Shown: positions 16,754 through 30,915, numbered from the whole stretch's first letter. The stretch: DNA of 63,022 nt, filler included, from 12 parts of 12 records of this genome joined end to end with filler, not necessarily neighbours in it; one strand, 5' to 3'. Notes: generated by a model from the sequence alone, not told the origin. Numbers and translations: made by a program.

Positions 16754-18984
16754 CGGGGGGCCCTATGCACCACATACGCGATGTGCTCTGCGCAGACCCT
16801 GACACCACAAATTGATCGAAGCGACAGCGACCCTCTGCTGTTGCGATAAACCCAGAGCCGGTCACTGTGACGACGGAGCCGCCCACCATGGGGCCACGGG
16901 AGATCGACAGCGAGGTTACAGCAGGCATAGCTACACAGACACACGTGCGCGAAACACACAGAGTCAGATTCACATTCAACCCGCCACACACACGATCAAT
17001 CCCGTACCGTAGTACGTGTACACGACGGCGTTTGCGGTGAAGTCCTGGTTGTTCAACGTCACCTCTACCGTGACAGTACCCACGGCGCCCTGCGTAGGGG
17101 CCCGGCACCGCAGCTCTGTAGCTGTGATGAACTCGGCATCGGACCGTAATGTTCCAAACTTGCAGAACGTGTCACGCATGTTGCGGTAGTTGGTACCGTA
17201 CACTGTGACCAGCGTGCTGGCAGACAGCCCGCCGGTGGTAGGCCGCAGGGACGCCACGGTCGGAGGCACTACACACACACAAACAAACAAACAATGGCCA
17301 TGAGTGTGAATGCAGACCAAGAGAATGTACTAACAGAGAAAGAACAACACTGACGAAAGTGTACATACGGTAGAACACGAACGGAAGCACGAGCTGCGCG
17401 TAATCCTGTGCGTTACTGGTGACCGCTACATCGACGGAGCCTGCGGTGACTGCGGGCGATGTGCATGTCATCAGCGTGCTGGTTGATACCACAACGGACG
17501 ACCCTAGTGTGCTGCCGAACTTGCACCCCATGCCTGCCACGAACTCCGCGCCTGTGATAGTGACCACGGTACCGCCTGTGGTGGAACCAGCCAAAGGGAA
17601 CAACGCAGAAATGGTGACCGTGGCTACAAGAATTCCACAAAGACATAACAAAGACAAGAGTGTAAGCGGAGGATGCGACGGTGAGCTATAGAATGCACAC
17701 ATACGTTGATAGGTGAAGTACACGGCCCCAATATAGTCCTGGTTGTTGGTGGTGATCTGTACCAGGGCTGGGCTTGGGAGGTAGGGCGGGGACACACACG
17801 CATATCGGTTCGCGGCCACATACGTCGCATATACTTGCTCTTGCGCGAACTGACAGTATGAGTTGGGCGTGTTGATAAAGTTGGTGCCTGTGACTGTCAC
17901 CAGAGTGCCACCGTCTACATGCACACAAACAGAACGCATAAACACAGTGCAATTGAATAAGAAAACGATCGTACCTTGGGGACCCTTCGTGATGCTCAGA
18001 GAGGTGACTGTGTGGGGGGTTAGATACAAGAACACCGCCGCGTTGGAGGTGAAATCCTGGTTGTTGTTGGAAATTTCCACAGCTACGTTGCCTGTTGCAG
18101 CTGTGGCGACCGACAAACACTCCACTGTAGTTGCTGTGATCCATGTTGCCCGTACTACACTTGTTCCGAAGCGGCATACAACCAAATTGGTGTCGATGAA
18201 CGATGCGCCCCGCACCGTGACCAACGTGGCGCCGGTTGTGGACCCGGTTGTGGGGAATACGGTTGATACAGAAGGCGGCGCTACAATGAGAGAGAAACGT
18301 TAGAGAGCAATCACAACATACACAAACACACGCGATGGTGAGAAGTTAGTCACAGTAAACGTACTGTAGTAGGTGTACGAGACCAATGACTCGGTAAAGT
18401 CCTGGTTGTTTCGTGACAGCTCCAGATACACCGTCGCAGCCGCATGCGCAGGCGCCGCACAACGCAATACCGTCGAAGAGGTCACAGTGGCTACGACCGT
18501 TGTAGTATCGAATCGGCAGAACATGGTCGACAAAAATTGCGCCCCTGTGACGGTCACCACGGTGGCACCGATGGAGGGACCCAAAGGCGGTAGCAGGATG
18601 GTGGCAGAAATAGTGGCTACAAATTGACAGGTGAGAACGTAACTACAGCGAAGTTCGAACACACATATGAAGACTAAGTTGAAAGCAAATTAGGCGCCTG
18701 GGTGGTATCAAGGAGTTGTTGTTACGTACGATTGTATGTGTATGCCACAGCACCCACAAAGTCCGCGTTGTTATTGCTGATCGCGACGGACGTCGAGGCG
18801 GGCAGATGCACCGGCGAGTAACAAACAGCAGTGGATGCTGATCCATACGTCGCCGCCGTCACCAAATTGTCGAACATGCAGACCAGATTAGGGGAGTTGA
18901 CAAAGTTGGTACCAGTAACAGTCACACGGGTGCCTCCCGACTGCGGTCCCAGCGTCACACTCAAGCTCGTCGCGGTGGCGGTGG
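16754..18984 (-). CDS. Eukaryotic intron-containing gene fragment, at least 7 tandem IPT/TIG (Ig-like) domains; exons 18984-18730, 18616-18365, 18280-17975, 17914-17705, 17623-17369, 17268-17008, 16930-16754
   Basis: Six GT-AG phase-1 introns (113, 84, 60, 81, 100, 77 bp) splice to one open frame. Repeats have the form G-P/S-xx-GGTxVTVxGxNF...CxF...CxSP...NNQDF. Both ends incomplete. Confidence 0.9.
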
Positions 18985-18990
18985 CTGTAA

Positions 18991-19014
18991 CACACACACA
19001 CACACACACACACA
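18991..19014. repeat. (CA)12 microsatellite, intronic (TG)n just before a splice acceptor
   Basis: Seen directly; contig ends in it. Confidence 0.95.
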
Positions 19015-19114
19015 NNNNNNNNNNNNNNNNNNNNNNNNNNNNNNNNNNNNNNNNNNNNTTAATTAATTAANNNNNNNNNNNNNNNNNNNNNNNNNNNNNN
19101 NNNNNNNNNNNNNN
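19015..19114. other. Artificial contig spacer 2
   Basis: N44-TTAATTAATTAA-N44. Confidence 0.99.
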
Positions 19115-19162
19115 GTGGAGGCCGTGCGCTTTGTCCCTTTAGTGAAGGGTGAGCTGGCTTAA
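19115..19162 (+). CDS. pcm: L-isoaspartate O-methyltransferase, last 15 codons
   Basis: VEAVRFVPLVKGELA* directly upstream of nlpD. Confidence 0.9.
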   Translation: MEAVRFVPLVKGELA

Positions 19163-19301
19163 AACGTGAGGAAATACCTGGATTTTTCCTGGTTATTTTG
19201 CCGCAGGTCAGCGTATCGTGAACATCTTTTCCAGTGTTCAGTAGGGTGCCTTGCACGGTAATTATGTCACTGGTTATTAACCAATTTTTCCTGGGGGATA
19301 A

Positions 19302-20440
19302 ATGAGCGCGGGAAGCCCAAAATTCACCGTTCGCCGCATTGCGGCTTTGTCACTGGTTTCGCTATGGCTGGCAGGCTGTTCTGACACTTCAAATCCACCG
19401 GCACCGGTCAGCTCCGTTAATGGCAATGCGCCTGCAAATACTAATTCTGGTATGTTGATTACGCCGCCGCCGAAAATGGGGACGACGTCTACAGCGCAGC
19501 AACCGCAAATTCAGCCGGTGCAGCAGCCACAAATTCAGGCTACTCAACAACCGCAAATCCAGCCAGTGCAGCCAGTAGCTCAGCAGCCGGTACAGATGGA
19601 AAACGGACGCATCGTCTATAACCGTCAGTATGGGAACATTCCGAAAGGCAGTTATAGCGGCAGTACCTATACCGTGAAAAAAGGCGACACACTTTTCTAT
19701 ATCGCCTGGATTACTGGCAACGATTTCCGTGACCTTGCTCAGCGCAACAATATTCAGGCACCATACGCGCTGAACGTTGGTCAGACCTTGCAGGTGGGTA
19801 ATGCTTCCGGTACGCCAATCACTGGCGGAAATGCCATTACCCAGGCCGACGCAGCAGAGCAAGGAGTTGTGATCAAGCCTGCACAAAATTCCACCGTTGC
19901 TGTTGCGTCGCAACCGACAATTACGTATTCTGAGTCTTCGGGTGAACAGAGTGCTAACAAAATGTTGCCGAACAACAAGCCAACTGCGACCACGGTCACA
20001 GCGCCTGTAACGGTACCAACAGCAAGCACAACCGAGCCGACTGTCAGCAGTACATCAACCAGTACGCCTATCTCCACCTGGCGCTGGCCGACTGAGGGCA
20101 AAGTGATCGAAACCTTTGGCGCTTCTGAGGGGGGCAACAAGGGGATTGATATCGCAGGCAGCAAAGGACAGGCAATTATCGCGACCGCAGATGGCCGCGT
20201 TGTTTATGCTGGTAACGCGCTGCGCGGCTACGGTAATCTGATTATCATCAAACATAATGATGATTACCTGAGTGCCTACGCCCATAACGACACAATGCTG
20301 GTCCGGGAACAACAAGAAGTTAAGGCGGGGCAAAAATAGCGACCATGGGTAGCACCGGAACCAGTTCAACACGCTTGCATTTTGAAATTCGTTACAAGGG
20401 GAAATCCGTAAACCCGCTGCGTTATTTGCCGCAGCGATAA
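19302..20440 (+). CDS. nlpD: Lipoprotein NlpD (LysM + M23); -1 frameshift in A-run 20332-20336 (likely sequencing error)
   Basis: Lipobox LAGC, Lys[10 protein letters not shown]. The C-terminus IATMGSTG...[22 protein letters not shown] continues in the shifted frame. Confidence 0.96.
19903..19931 (+). promoter_or_regulatory. Major rpoS promoter inside nlpD
   Basis: TTGCGT-N17-TATTCT about 570 bp upstream of the rpoS ATG. Confidence 0.8.
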
Positions 20441-20502
20441 ATCGGCGGAACCAGGCTTTTGCTTGAATGTTCCGTCAAGGGATCACGGGTAGGAGCCACC
20501 TT

Positions 20503-21495
20503 ATGAGTCAGAATACGCTGAAAGTTCATGATTTAAATGAAGATGCGGAATTTGATGAGAACGGAGTTGAGGTTTTTGACGAAAAGGCCTTAGTAGAACT
20601 GGAACCCAGTGATAACGATTTGGCCGAAGAGGAACTGTTATCGCAGGGAGCCACACAGCGTGTGTTGGACGCGACTCAGCTTTACCTTGGTGAGATTGGT
20701 TATTCACCACTGTTAACGGCCGAAGAAGAAGTTTATTTTGCGCGTCGCGCACTGCGTGGAGATGTCGCCTCTCGCCGCCGGATGATCGAGAGTAACTTGC
20801 GTCTGGTGGTAAAAATTGCCCGCCGTTATGGCAATCGTGGTCTGGCGTTGCTGGACCTTATCGAAGAGGGCAACCTGGGGCTGATCCGCGCGGTAGAGAA
20901 GTTTGACCCGGAACGTGGTTTCCGCTTCTCAACATACGCAACCTGGTGGATTCGCCAGACGATTGAACGGGCGATTATGAACCAAACCCGTACTATTCGT
21001 TTGCCGATTCACATCGTAAAGGAGCTGAACGTTTACCTGCGAACCGCACGTGAGTTGTCCCATAAGCTGGACCATGAACCAAGTGCGGAAGAGATCGCAG
21101 AGCAACTGGATAAGCCAGTTGATGACGTCAGCCGTATGCTTCGTCTTAACGAGCGCATTACCTCGGTAGACACCCCGCTGGGTGGTGATTCCGAAAAAGC
21201 GTTGCTGGACATCCTGGCCGATGAAAAAGAGAACGGTCCGGAAGATACCACGCAAGATGACGATATGAAGCAGAGCATCGTCAAATGGCTGTTCGAGCTG
21301 AACGCCAAACAGCGTGAAGTGCTGGCACGTCGATTCGGTTTGCTGGGGTACGAAGCGGCAACACTGGAAGATGTAGGTCGTGAAATTGGCCTCACCCGTG
21401 AACGTGTTCGCCAGATTCAGGTTGAAGGCCTGCGCCGTTTGCGCGAAATCCTGCAAACGCAGGGGCTGAATATCGAAGCGCTGTTCCGCGAGTAA
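20503..21495 (+). CDS. rpoS: RNA polymerase sigma S (codon 33 = CTG, Leu)
   Basis: 330 aa from [11 protein letters not shown]; sigma70 regions 2 and 4. Confidence 0.99.
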   Translation: MSQNTLKVHDLNEDAEFDENGVEVFDEKALVELEPSDNDLAEEELLSQGATQRVLDATQLYLGEIGYSPLLTAEEEVYFARRALRGDVASRRRMIESNLRLVVKIARRYGNRGLALLDLIEEGNLGLIRAVEKFDPERGFRFSTYATWWIRQTIERAIMNQTRTIRLPIHIVKELNVYLRTARELSHKLDHEPSAEEIAEQLDKPVDDVSRMLRLNERITSVDTPLGGDSEKALLDILADEKENGPEDTTQDDDMKQSIVKWLFELNAKQREVLARRFGLLGYEAATLEDVGREIGLTRERVRQIQVEGLRRLREILQTQGLNIEALFRE

Positions 21496-21507
21496 GTAAG
21501 CATCTGT

Positions 21508-21580
21508 CAGAAAGGCCAGTCTCAAGCGAGGCTGGCCTTTTCTGTGCACAATAAAAGGTCCGATGCCCATCGGACCTTTT
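21508..21580. terminator. Two hairpins between convergent rpoS and ygbN
   Basis: AAAGGCCAG...CTGGCCTTTT and AAAAGGTCCGATG-cc-CATCGGACCTTTT. Confidence 0.85.
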
Positions 21581-21588
21581 TATTAAGG

Positions 21589-22326
21589 TCAAATTACCGC
21601 CCATACGCACCAGGTAATTAAGAATCCGGTAAAACCGAGAATGGTCGTTAACACTGTCCAGGTTTTCAGACCGTCTGCTACCGACAACCCCAGATATTTG
21701 GTCACAATCCAGAACCCTGAGTCATTAATATGTGACGCACCAAGCCCACCAAAGCAGGCTGCCAGCGTCACCAATACGCACTGAATCGGATTCAATCCCA
21801 TCACCGCTTCTGAGAGTAACCCGCCGGTTGTCAGTATTGCTACGGTTGCTGACCCCTGCGATGCACGCAGCGCCAGTGAAATAATAAATGCGGCTGGTAA
21901 CAGAGGCAGGTCAATCATTTGTAGCATGTTGGCAAGGGCTTTGCCGACGCCCGATTCCACCAGCACTTTGCCAAATACCCCTCCAGCACCAGTAACCAAA
22001 ATCACTACCGCCGCAGTAGGAAGCGCTGAGCCCATAATGTCGCTGGTGTGTTGTAAGCTCCAGCCGCGACGTAAAGCCAATAACCAGAATGCCAGCACCA
22101 GCGCAATCATTAGAGCTACCATTGGTGAGCCGATCAGCTGTAGCGTACCAAGCAGGGGATGCGAAGGCGGCATCAGTGTTGCGGAAACCGTACCCGCCAT
22201 GATAATCGCGATAGGAATAACAATTAGCGAGGTGACCAGCGCGACGCCCGGTGGATTTATTTTATCGCTTAATTTTGTCGCGCCTTCCTCACTGGCCGGA
22301 GCCAGTTGCATCTGTTCCAGTACTTC
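21589..22326 (-). CDS. ygbN: GntP-family permease (5' truncated)
   Basis: SQGSATVA, SHINDSGFW motifs; convergent with rpoS as in K-12. Confidence 0.92.
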   Translation of the reverse strand, partial: EVLEQMQLAPASEEGATKLSDKINPPGVALVTSLIVIPIAIIMAGTVSATLMPPSHPLLGTLQLIGSPMVALMIALVLAFWLLALRRGWSLQHTSDIMGSALPTAAVVILVTGAGGVFGKVLVESGVGKALANMLQMIDLPLLPAAFIISLALRASQGSATVAILTTGGLLSEAVMGLNPIQCVLVTLAACFGGLGASHINDSGFWIVTKYLGLSVADGLKTWTVLTTILGFTGFLITWCVWAVI

Positions 22327-22426
22327 NNNNNNNNNNNNNNNNNNNNNNNNNNNNNNNNNNNNNNNNNNNNTTAATTAATTAANNNNNNNNNNNNNNNNNN
22401 NNNNNNNNNNNNNNNNNNNNNNNNNN
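22327..22426. other. Artificial contig spacer 3
   Basis: N44-TTAATTAATTAA-N44. Confidence 0.99.
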
Positions 22427-22793
<367 letters not shown>

Positions 22794-22802
22794 TCAACCC
22801 CT

Positions 22803-23753
<951 letters not shown>

Positions 23754-24209
23754 ACGACCTCAATTCCACGGGATCTGGTGGCGTTTAAAGTGTGTGGGCA
23801 TTTTACGGGAAGGTTACATTACTGTAAACATGATTAAATTCCTGTTACTTGGATTTGGCTGCCAGGTCACATATGTTGCAAAACATATCAGGTTGATTTT
23901 AAGAAGCTGTTGCAAAAGGGCGTTATAACAAAAGGGGAGTGCTGAAGGAGTCTGGGCGGGCAATTGGTATAACCAATGTGAAATAAAACAATTATTTAAC
24001 AAATAATTATCATTAGAGTGACAACTGGGTGATGAGAAAATAAAGACTCATTAGCTGAATCGTGTAAGAAAAATAGAATTTATAAATGGCGCCAATAATT
24101 TCCAAACGCTAAGCCGCACAAAAGAACAAATATTAATAAGCGATACTGATGTTTATTTAGCCGTAATAATTACGGCGAGTGATTACTACAGCTAAATAAT
24201 ATTTACAGA

Positions 24210-25685
24210 TTACGTCAGATGCGTTTTTCGTAGCGCCAGATAATCCAGCAAACCACCAAGCACGACGCCAGAAAGGGCGACTAAAACCCCGACTTCCAGC
24301 AGAGCAGGCAGGAAAGAGAAGTGCGTCAAATCCAGCGCGTCCATCGTCAATAGCAGTAACCACACGGCCAACAGGCTGACGCCCGCCGCCAGTGTCCACA
24401 TGGCAAAGGCATAACCTGCCGGATATGCGGTACGGGAGATAAAGTTGTCATTTACTCGTGTATATTCAAGCGTCTGGCGGCAAACCAGCAGCAAAATAAG
24501 CCCTGGTACGGCAGCGGCGACGGAGAATAGATAGAATGTCGACCAGCCGTGTGCTTCAACAAACCAACCCGCCACGGGGCCGACATAAACTCGCCCTACA
24601 GCAGAAAGCGCTGAGAGCAGGGCAAATTGAGTAGCGGAAAATGACTTATTACATAGCGTCATTAACAGCGCGACAAAGGCTGATGTGCCCATCCCGCCAC
24701 AGAGGTTTTCGAAAAAGACGGCTGCGCCCATGCTGTAGAGATGCTTATCAGTAATCGACAGCAGCCAGTAACCGGCGTTAGACGCACCTTGTAAAATGCC
24801 GAAAATCAGCAGTGCCCGGAACAGTGACAGGCGCTGCATCAAAATCCCACCGTACAATGCGCCAACAATGGTCGCTAGTAAGCCAAGCGTTTTGTTAACC
24901 ACGCCTACTTCACCCGCATCAAACCCGACGCCGCGAATCAAAAACGTGGTTGTCAGGCTCATGGCGAATGCGTCGCCCAGCTTATACAGCACGATAAGAA
25001 GCAAAATAAGCCAGGCATTATTGCGACCAAAGAAATCTCGCAGAGGTGCAACAACCGCTTGTTCCAGCGTTTTGGGCACAGGAATGGTGTCGGTTGGTTC
25101 TGGTGCAAGCAACGTCGCGATAATACAGGGGATCAACAGTGCCGCCATTAACCAGTACATGCCCTGCCAGCCCAGCCATTTATCTGCCAGCCACAGGGCT
25201 AGGCCGCCGGAAACCAGCATCCCTAAACGGTAACCCAGCACGCTGATTGCCGCGCCCGCACCACGTTCTTCTGCCGGAAGCACATCGGTTTTCCACGCAT
25301 CGAAGACTATATCCTGGGAAGCAGAGCAAAAAGCGATCACCACTGCCAGCGCCGCCATCCAGCGGAGTTGGGTGCCTGGTTCGAGAAAACCCATCGCCGC
25401 AATGGCGACTAATAACAGGATTTGCGTGGCGAGCAGCCAACCGCGCCGCCGCCCAAAAAATGGAGGCGTGTAGCGGTCCATCAGCGGTGACCAGAGGAAT
25501 TTAAAAACGTAAGCCTGGCCTACCAGAGAGAAGAAACCAATGGTTTTGAGATCGATATTCTCGACCGTCATCCAGGCCTGTAAGGTACCGGATGTCAGGG
25601 CGAGCGGTAGCCCGGAAGCAAAACCCAGGATCAGCAATATGGCTGAACGCGGCTGTTGAAAAATACGTAAATATTGACTGGACAT
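24210..25685 (-). CDS. ampG: Muropeptide permease AmpG
   Basis: 491 aa, LGFASGLP, SASQDIVFDAW. Confidence 0.98.
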   Translation of the reverse strand: MSSQYLRIFQQPRSAILLILGFASGLPLALTSGTLQAWMTVENIDLKTIGFFSLVGQAYVFKFLWSPLMDRYTPPFFGRRRGWLLATQILLLVAIAAMGFLEPGTQLRWMAALAVVIAFCSASQDIVFDAWKTDVLPAEERGAGAAISVLGYRLGMLVSGGLALWLADKWLGWQGMYWLMAALLIPCIIATLLAPEPTDTIPVPKTLEQAVVAPLRDFFGRNNAWLILLLIVLYKLGDAFAMSLTTTFLIRGVGFDAGEVGVVNKTLGLLATIVGALYGGILMQRLSLFRALLIFGILQGASNAGYWLLSITDKHLYSMGAAVFFENLCGGMGTSAFVALLMTLCNKSFSATQFALLSALSAVGRVYVGPVAGWFVEAHGWSTFYLFSVAAAVPGLILLLVCRQTLEYTRVNDNFISRTAYPAGYAFAMWTLAAGVSLLAVWLLLLTMDALDLTHFSFLPALLEVGVLVALSGVVLGGLLDYLALRKTHLT

Positions 25686-25728
25686 GGGCGTCTACAGGCC
25701 CGGCTTGCACCGGGCCAGAGGGCAGAAA

Positions 25729-26307
25729 TTAACGCGCGTTCTGCTTGATGAATTCGTGGATGCTGGTGTCCTGAGACATATCAGCGATGGTATCGGTCAG
25801 CACACTGTTAACCGCATCGGCGATATTTTTGTTGGAGGCCTGGAACGCACCTTCAACGTTGTAGCTGGCACGATAGTTTTTGGTCATTTTGTTGCCATTC
25901 TGCGCGGTAGCGATGATGGCGATATCCGCTTTGGTCGCGATGTTGTAGCGCACGTTGCCCTGGGACACGTCAGCATACAGTTGGCTAACGATGATTTGCA
26001 GATTAACCGGGCCATTCGGACCAACCATGTAACCACGCGCGGTCATCTGTTTTTCCAGCACTTCTTGCAGCAGGAAACGCAGATCGCGGGAGGCGGTCAG
26101 GGTAACGATTTGATTATCGCGGGTGACTTTTGCCAGCGCCTGATCGGTACGCTGATCGGCACCATTAATGCTTACGGTGACGCCCATCAGGCTTGGATCC
26201 TGCTGTGGCAGTGTAATCGTCGGGGAAACTTCAATAGTTGTTGGCGGTTTTGCGCATCCTGCAAGCATAAACAGAGCAACTAACGGGAAGAGGATTTTTT
26301 TGAACAT
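25729..26307 (-). CDS. yajG: Lipoprotein YajG
   Basis: 192 aa from MFKKILFPL, lipobox LAGC; synteny. Confidence 0.95.
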   Translation of the reverse strand: MFKKILFPLVALFMLAGCAKPPTTIEVSPTITLPQQDPSLMGVTVSINGADQRTDQALAKVTRDNQIVTLTASRDLRFLLQEVLEKQMTARGYMVGPNGPVNLQIIVSQLYADVSQGNVRYNIATKADIAIIATAQNGNKMTKNYRASYNVEGAFQASNKNIADAVNSVLTDTIADMSQDTSIHEFIKQNAR

Positions 26308-26535
26308 GTTCGGGCTCTCAGAGACTCTTAAGCGTGTTTGGTAAAAATTCCCGCCATCATAACATTGCCAACGGCGAGGGGAAGTGGGTAAGGCATGTAA
26401 ATTCATCATGTTGACGAAATAATCGCCCCTGGTAAAAGAAACACTGATGCGAGGCCTGTGTTTCAATCTTTAAATCAGTAAACTTCATACGCTTGACGGA
26501 AAAACCAGGACGAAACCTAAATATTTGTTGTTAAG

Positions 26536-26564
26536 CTGCAATGGAAACGGTAAAAGCGGCTAGT
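26536..26564 (+). promoter_or_regulatory. bolAp1 gearbox (RpoS-dependent) promoter
   Basis: CTGCAA -35 and CGGCTAGT -10. Confidence 0.8.
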
Positions 26565-26611
26565 ATTTAAAGGGATGGATGACATCTCAGCGTTGTCGGA
26601 GGAGATATTTC

Positions 26612-26929
26612 ATGATGATACGTGAGCGGATAGAAGAAAAATTAAGGGCGGCGTTCCAACCCGTATTCCTCGAAGTAGTGGATGAAAGCTATCGTCACAA
26701 TGTCCCAGCCGGCTCTGAAAGCCATTTTAAAGTTGTGCTGGTCAGCGATCGTTTTACGGGTGAACGTTTTCTGAATCGTCATCGAATGATTTACAGTACT
26801 TTAGCGGAGGAACTCTCTACTACCGTTCATGCGCTGGCTCTGCATACTTACACTATTAAGGAGTGGGAAGGGTTGCAGGACACCGTCTTTGCCTCTCCTC
26901 CCTGTCGTGGAGCAGGAAGCATCGCGTAA
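26612..26929 (+). CDS. bolA: Morphogene regulator BolA
   Basis: 105 aa [11 protein letters not shown]...HALALHT. Confidence 0.98.
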
Positions 26930-27263
26930 AAACGCATTTGCAACTGTCGGCGCTTTTCCAGTATGTTGCTAAAGATTTTATGAAAAACGGCCTGCGGGCC
27001 GTTTTGTTTTGTCTGGATTTTGCGCTTTTTGCCCAGCATTCAGACGAAAATTGCCCGGGAATTGTGAAAAAATACGCGACAGCGCGCAATAACCGTTCTC
27101 GACTCATAAAAGTGATGCCGCTATAATGCCGCGTCCTATTTGAATGCTTTCGGGATGATTCTGGTAACAGGGAATGTGATTGATTATAAGAACATCCCGG
27201 TTCCGCGAAGCCAACAACCTGTGCTTGCGGGGTAAGAGTTGACCGAGCACTGTGATTTTTTGA

Positions 27264-28569
<1,306 letters not shown>

Positions 28570-28600
28570 TTTACGCAGCATAACGCGCTAAATTCGCACA

Positions 28601-28636
28601 AAGGCCCGTCACCGCCAGGTGGTGGGCTTTTTTTTG
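28601..28636 (+). terminator. Intrinsic terminator after tig
   Basis: GGCCCGTCACC-gcca-GGTGGTGGGC hairpin + T8. Confidence 0.85.
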
Positions 28637-28706
28637 TCATGAATTTTGCATGGAACCGTGCGAAAAGCCTCTTTCGGTGTTAGCGTAACAACAAAAGATT
28701 GTTATG

Positions 28707-28734
28707 CTTGAAATATGGTGATGCCGTACCCATA
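28707..28734 (+). promoter_or_regulatory. sigma32 promoter of clpP
   Basis: CTTGAAA ... CCCATA. Confidence 0.7.
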
Positions 28735-28814
28735 ACACAGGGACTAGCTGATAATCCGTCCATAAGGTTACAATCGGTACAGCAGGTTTTTTCAATTTTA
28801 TCCAGGAGACGGAA

Positions 28815-29438
28815 ATGTCATACAGCGGCGAACGAGATAACTTTGCACCCCATATGGCGCTGGTGCCGATGGTCATTGAACAGACCTCACGCGGTGAGCG
28901 CTCTTTTGATATCTATTCTCGTCTACTTAAGGAACGCGTCATTTTTCTGACTGGCCAGGTTGAAGACCACATGGCTAACCTGATTGTGGCGCAGATGCTG
29001 TTCCTGGAAGCGGAAAACCCAGAAAAAGATATCTATCTGTACATTAACTCCCCAGGCGGGGTGATCACTGCCGGGATGTCTATCTATGACACCATGCAGT
29101 TTATCAAGCCTGATGTCAGCACCATCTGTATGGGCCAGGCGGCCTCGATGGGCGCTTTCTTGCTGACCGCAGGGGCAAAAGGTAAACGTTTTTGCCTGCC
29201 GAATTCGCGCGTGATGATTCACCAACCGTTGGGCGGCTACCAGGGCCAGGCGACCGATATCGAAATTCATGCCCGTGAAATTCTGAAAGTTAAAGGGCGC
29301 ATGAATGAACTTATGGCGCTTCATACGGGTCAATCATTAGAACAGATTGAACGTGATACCGAGCGCGATCGCTTCCTTTCCGCCCCTGAAGCGGTGGAAT
29401 ACGGTCTGGTCGATTCGATTCTGACCCATCGTAATTGA
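28815..29438 (+). CDS. clpP: Clp protease proteolytic subunit
   Basis: 207 aa, INSPGG, AASMG, MIHQP. Confidence 0.99.
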   Translation: MSYSGERDNFAPHMALVPMVIEQTSRGERSFDIYSRLLKERVIFLTGQVEDHMANLIVAQMLFLEAENPEKDIYLYINSPGGVITAGMSIYDTMQFIKPDVSTICMGQAASMGAFLLTAGAKGKRFCLPNSRVMIHQPLGGYQGQATDIEIHAREILKVKGRMNELMALHTGQSLEQIERDTERDRFLSAPEAVEYGLVDSILTHRN

Positions 29439-29563
29439 TGCCAGAGGCGCAACTGTGCCGCTATACTTATCCAGGGCGGCACAACGCTGTAAGCGGCTTG
29501 CGCCTGAGAATGGCATTTGCGTCGTCGTGTGCGGCACAAAGAACAAAGAAGAGGTTTTGACCC

Positions 29564-30838
29564 ATGACAGATAAACGCAAAGATGGCTCAGGCAAATTGC
29601 TGTATTGCTCTTTTTGCGGCAAAAGCCAGCATGAAGTGCGCAAGCTGATTGCCGGTCCATCCGTGTATATCTGCGACGAATGTGTTGATTTATGTAACGA
29701 CATCATTCGCGAAGAGATTAAAGAAGTTGCACCGCATCGTGAACGCAGTGCGCTACCGACGCCGCATGAAATTCGCAACCACCTGGACGATTACGTTATC
29801 GGCCAGGAACAGGCGAAAAAAGTGCTGGCGGTCGCGGTATACAACCATTACAAACGTCTGCGCAACGGCGATACCAGCAATGGCGTCGAGTTGGGCAAAA
29901 GTAACATTCTGCTGATCGGTCCGACCGGTTCCGGTAAAACGCTGCTGGCTGAAACGCTGGCGCGCCTGCTGGATGTTCCGTTCACCATGGCCGACGCGAC
30001 TACACTGACCGAAGCCGGTTATGTGGGTGAAGACGTTGAAAACATCATTCAGAAGCTGTTGCAGAAATGCGACTACGATGTCCAGAAAGCACAGCGTGGT
30101 ATTGTCTACATCGATGAAATCGACAAGATTTCTCGTAAGTCAGACAACCCGTCCATTACCCGAGACGTTTCCGGTGAAGGCGTACAGCAGGCACTGTTGA
30201 AACTGATCGAAGGTACGGTAGCTGCTGTTCCACCGCAAGGTGGGCGTAAACATCCGCAGCAGGAATTCTTGCAGGTTGATACCTCTAAGATCCTGTTTAT
30301 TTGTGGCGGTGCGTTTGCCGGTCTGGATAAAGTGATTTCCCACCGTGTAGAAACCGGCTCCGGCATTGGTTTTGGCGCGACGGTAAAAGCGAAGTCCGAC
30401 AAAGCAAGCGAAGGCGAGCTGCTGGCGCAGGTTGAACCGGAAGATCTGATCAAGTTTGGTCTTATCCCTGAGTTTATTGGTCGTCTGCCGGTTGTCGCAA
30501 CGTTGAATGAACTGAGCGAAGAAGCTCTGATTCAGATCCTCAAAGAGCCGAAAAACGCCCTGACCAAGCAGTATCAGGCGCTGTTTAATCTGGAAGGCGT
30601 GGATCTGGAATTCCGTGACGAGGCGCTGGATGCTATCGCTAAGAAAGCGATGGCGCGTAAAACCGGTGCCCGTGGCCTGCGTTCCATCGTAGAAGCCGCA
30701 CTGCTCGATACCATGTACGATCTGCCGTCCATGGAAGACGTCGAAAAAGTGGTTATCGACGAGTCGGTAATTGATGGTCAAAGCAAACCGTTGCTGATTT
30801 ATGGCAAGCCGGAAGCGCAACAGGCATCTGGTGAATAA
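29564..30838 (+). CDS. clpX: Clp protease ATPase ClpX
   Basis: 424 aa, CSFC/CDEC zinc finger, [11 protein letters not shown] loop. Confidence 0.99.
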
Positions 30839-30915
30839 TTAACCATTCCCATACAATTAGTTAACCAAAAAGGGGGGATTTTATCTCCCCTTTAATTTTT
30901 CCTCTATTCTCGGCG

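Noticed and set aside
19497-19595. Tandem QPQIQ repeats in nlpD
   Set aside because: Normal low-complexity linker of E. coli NlpD.
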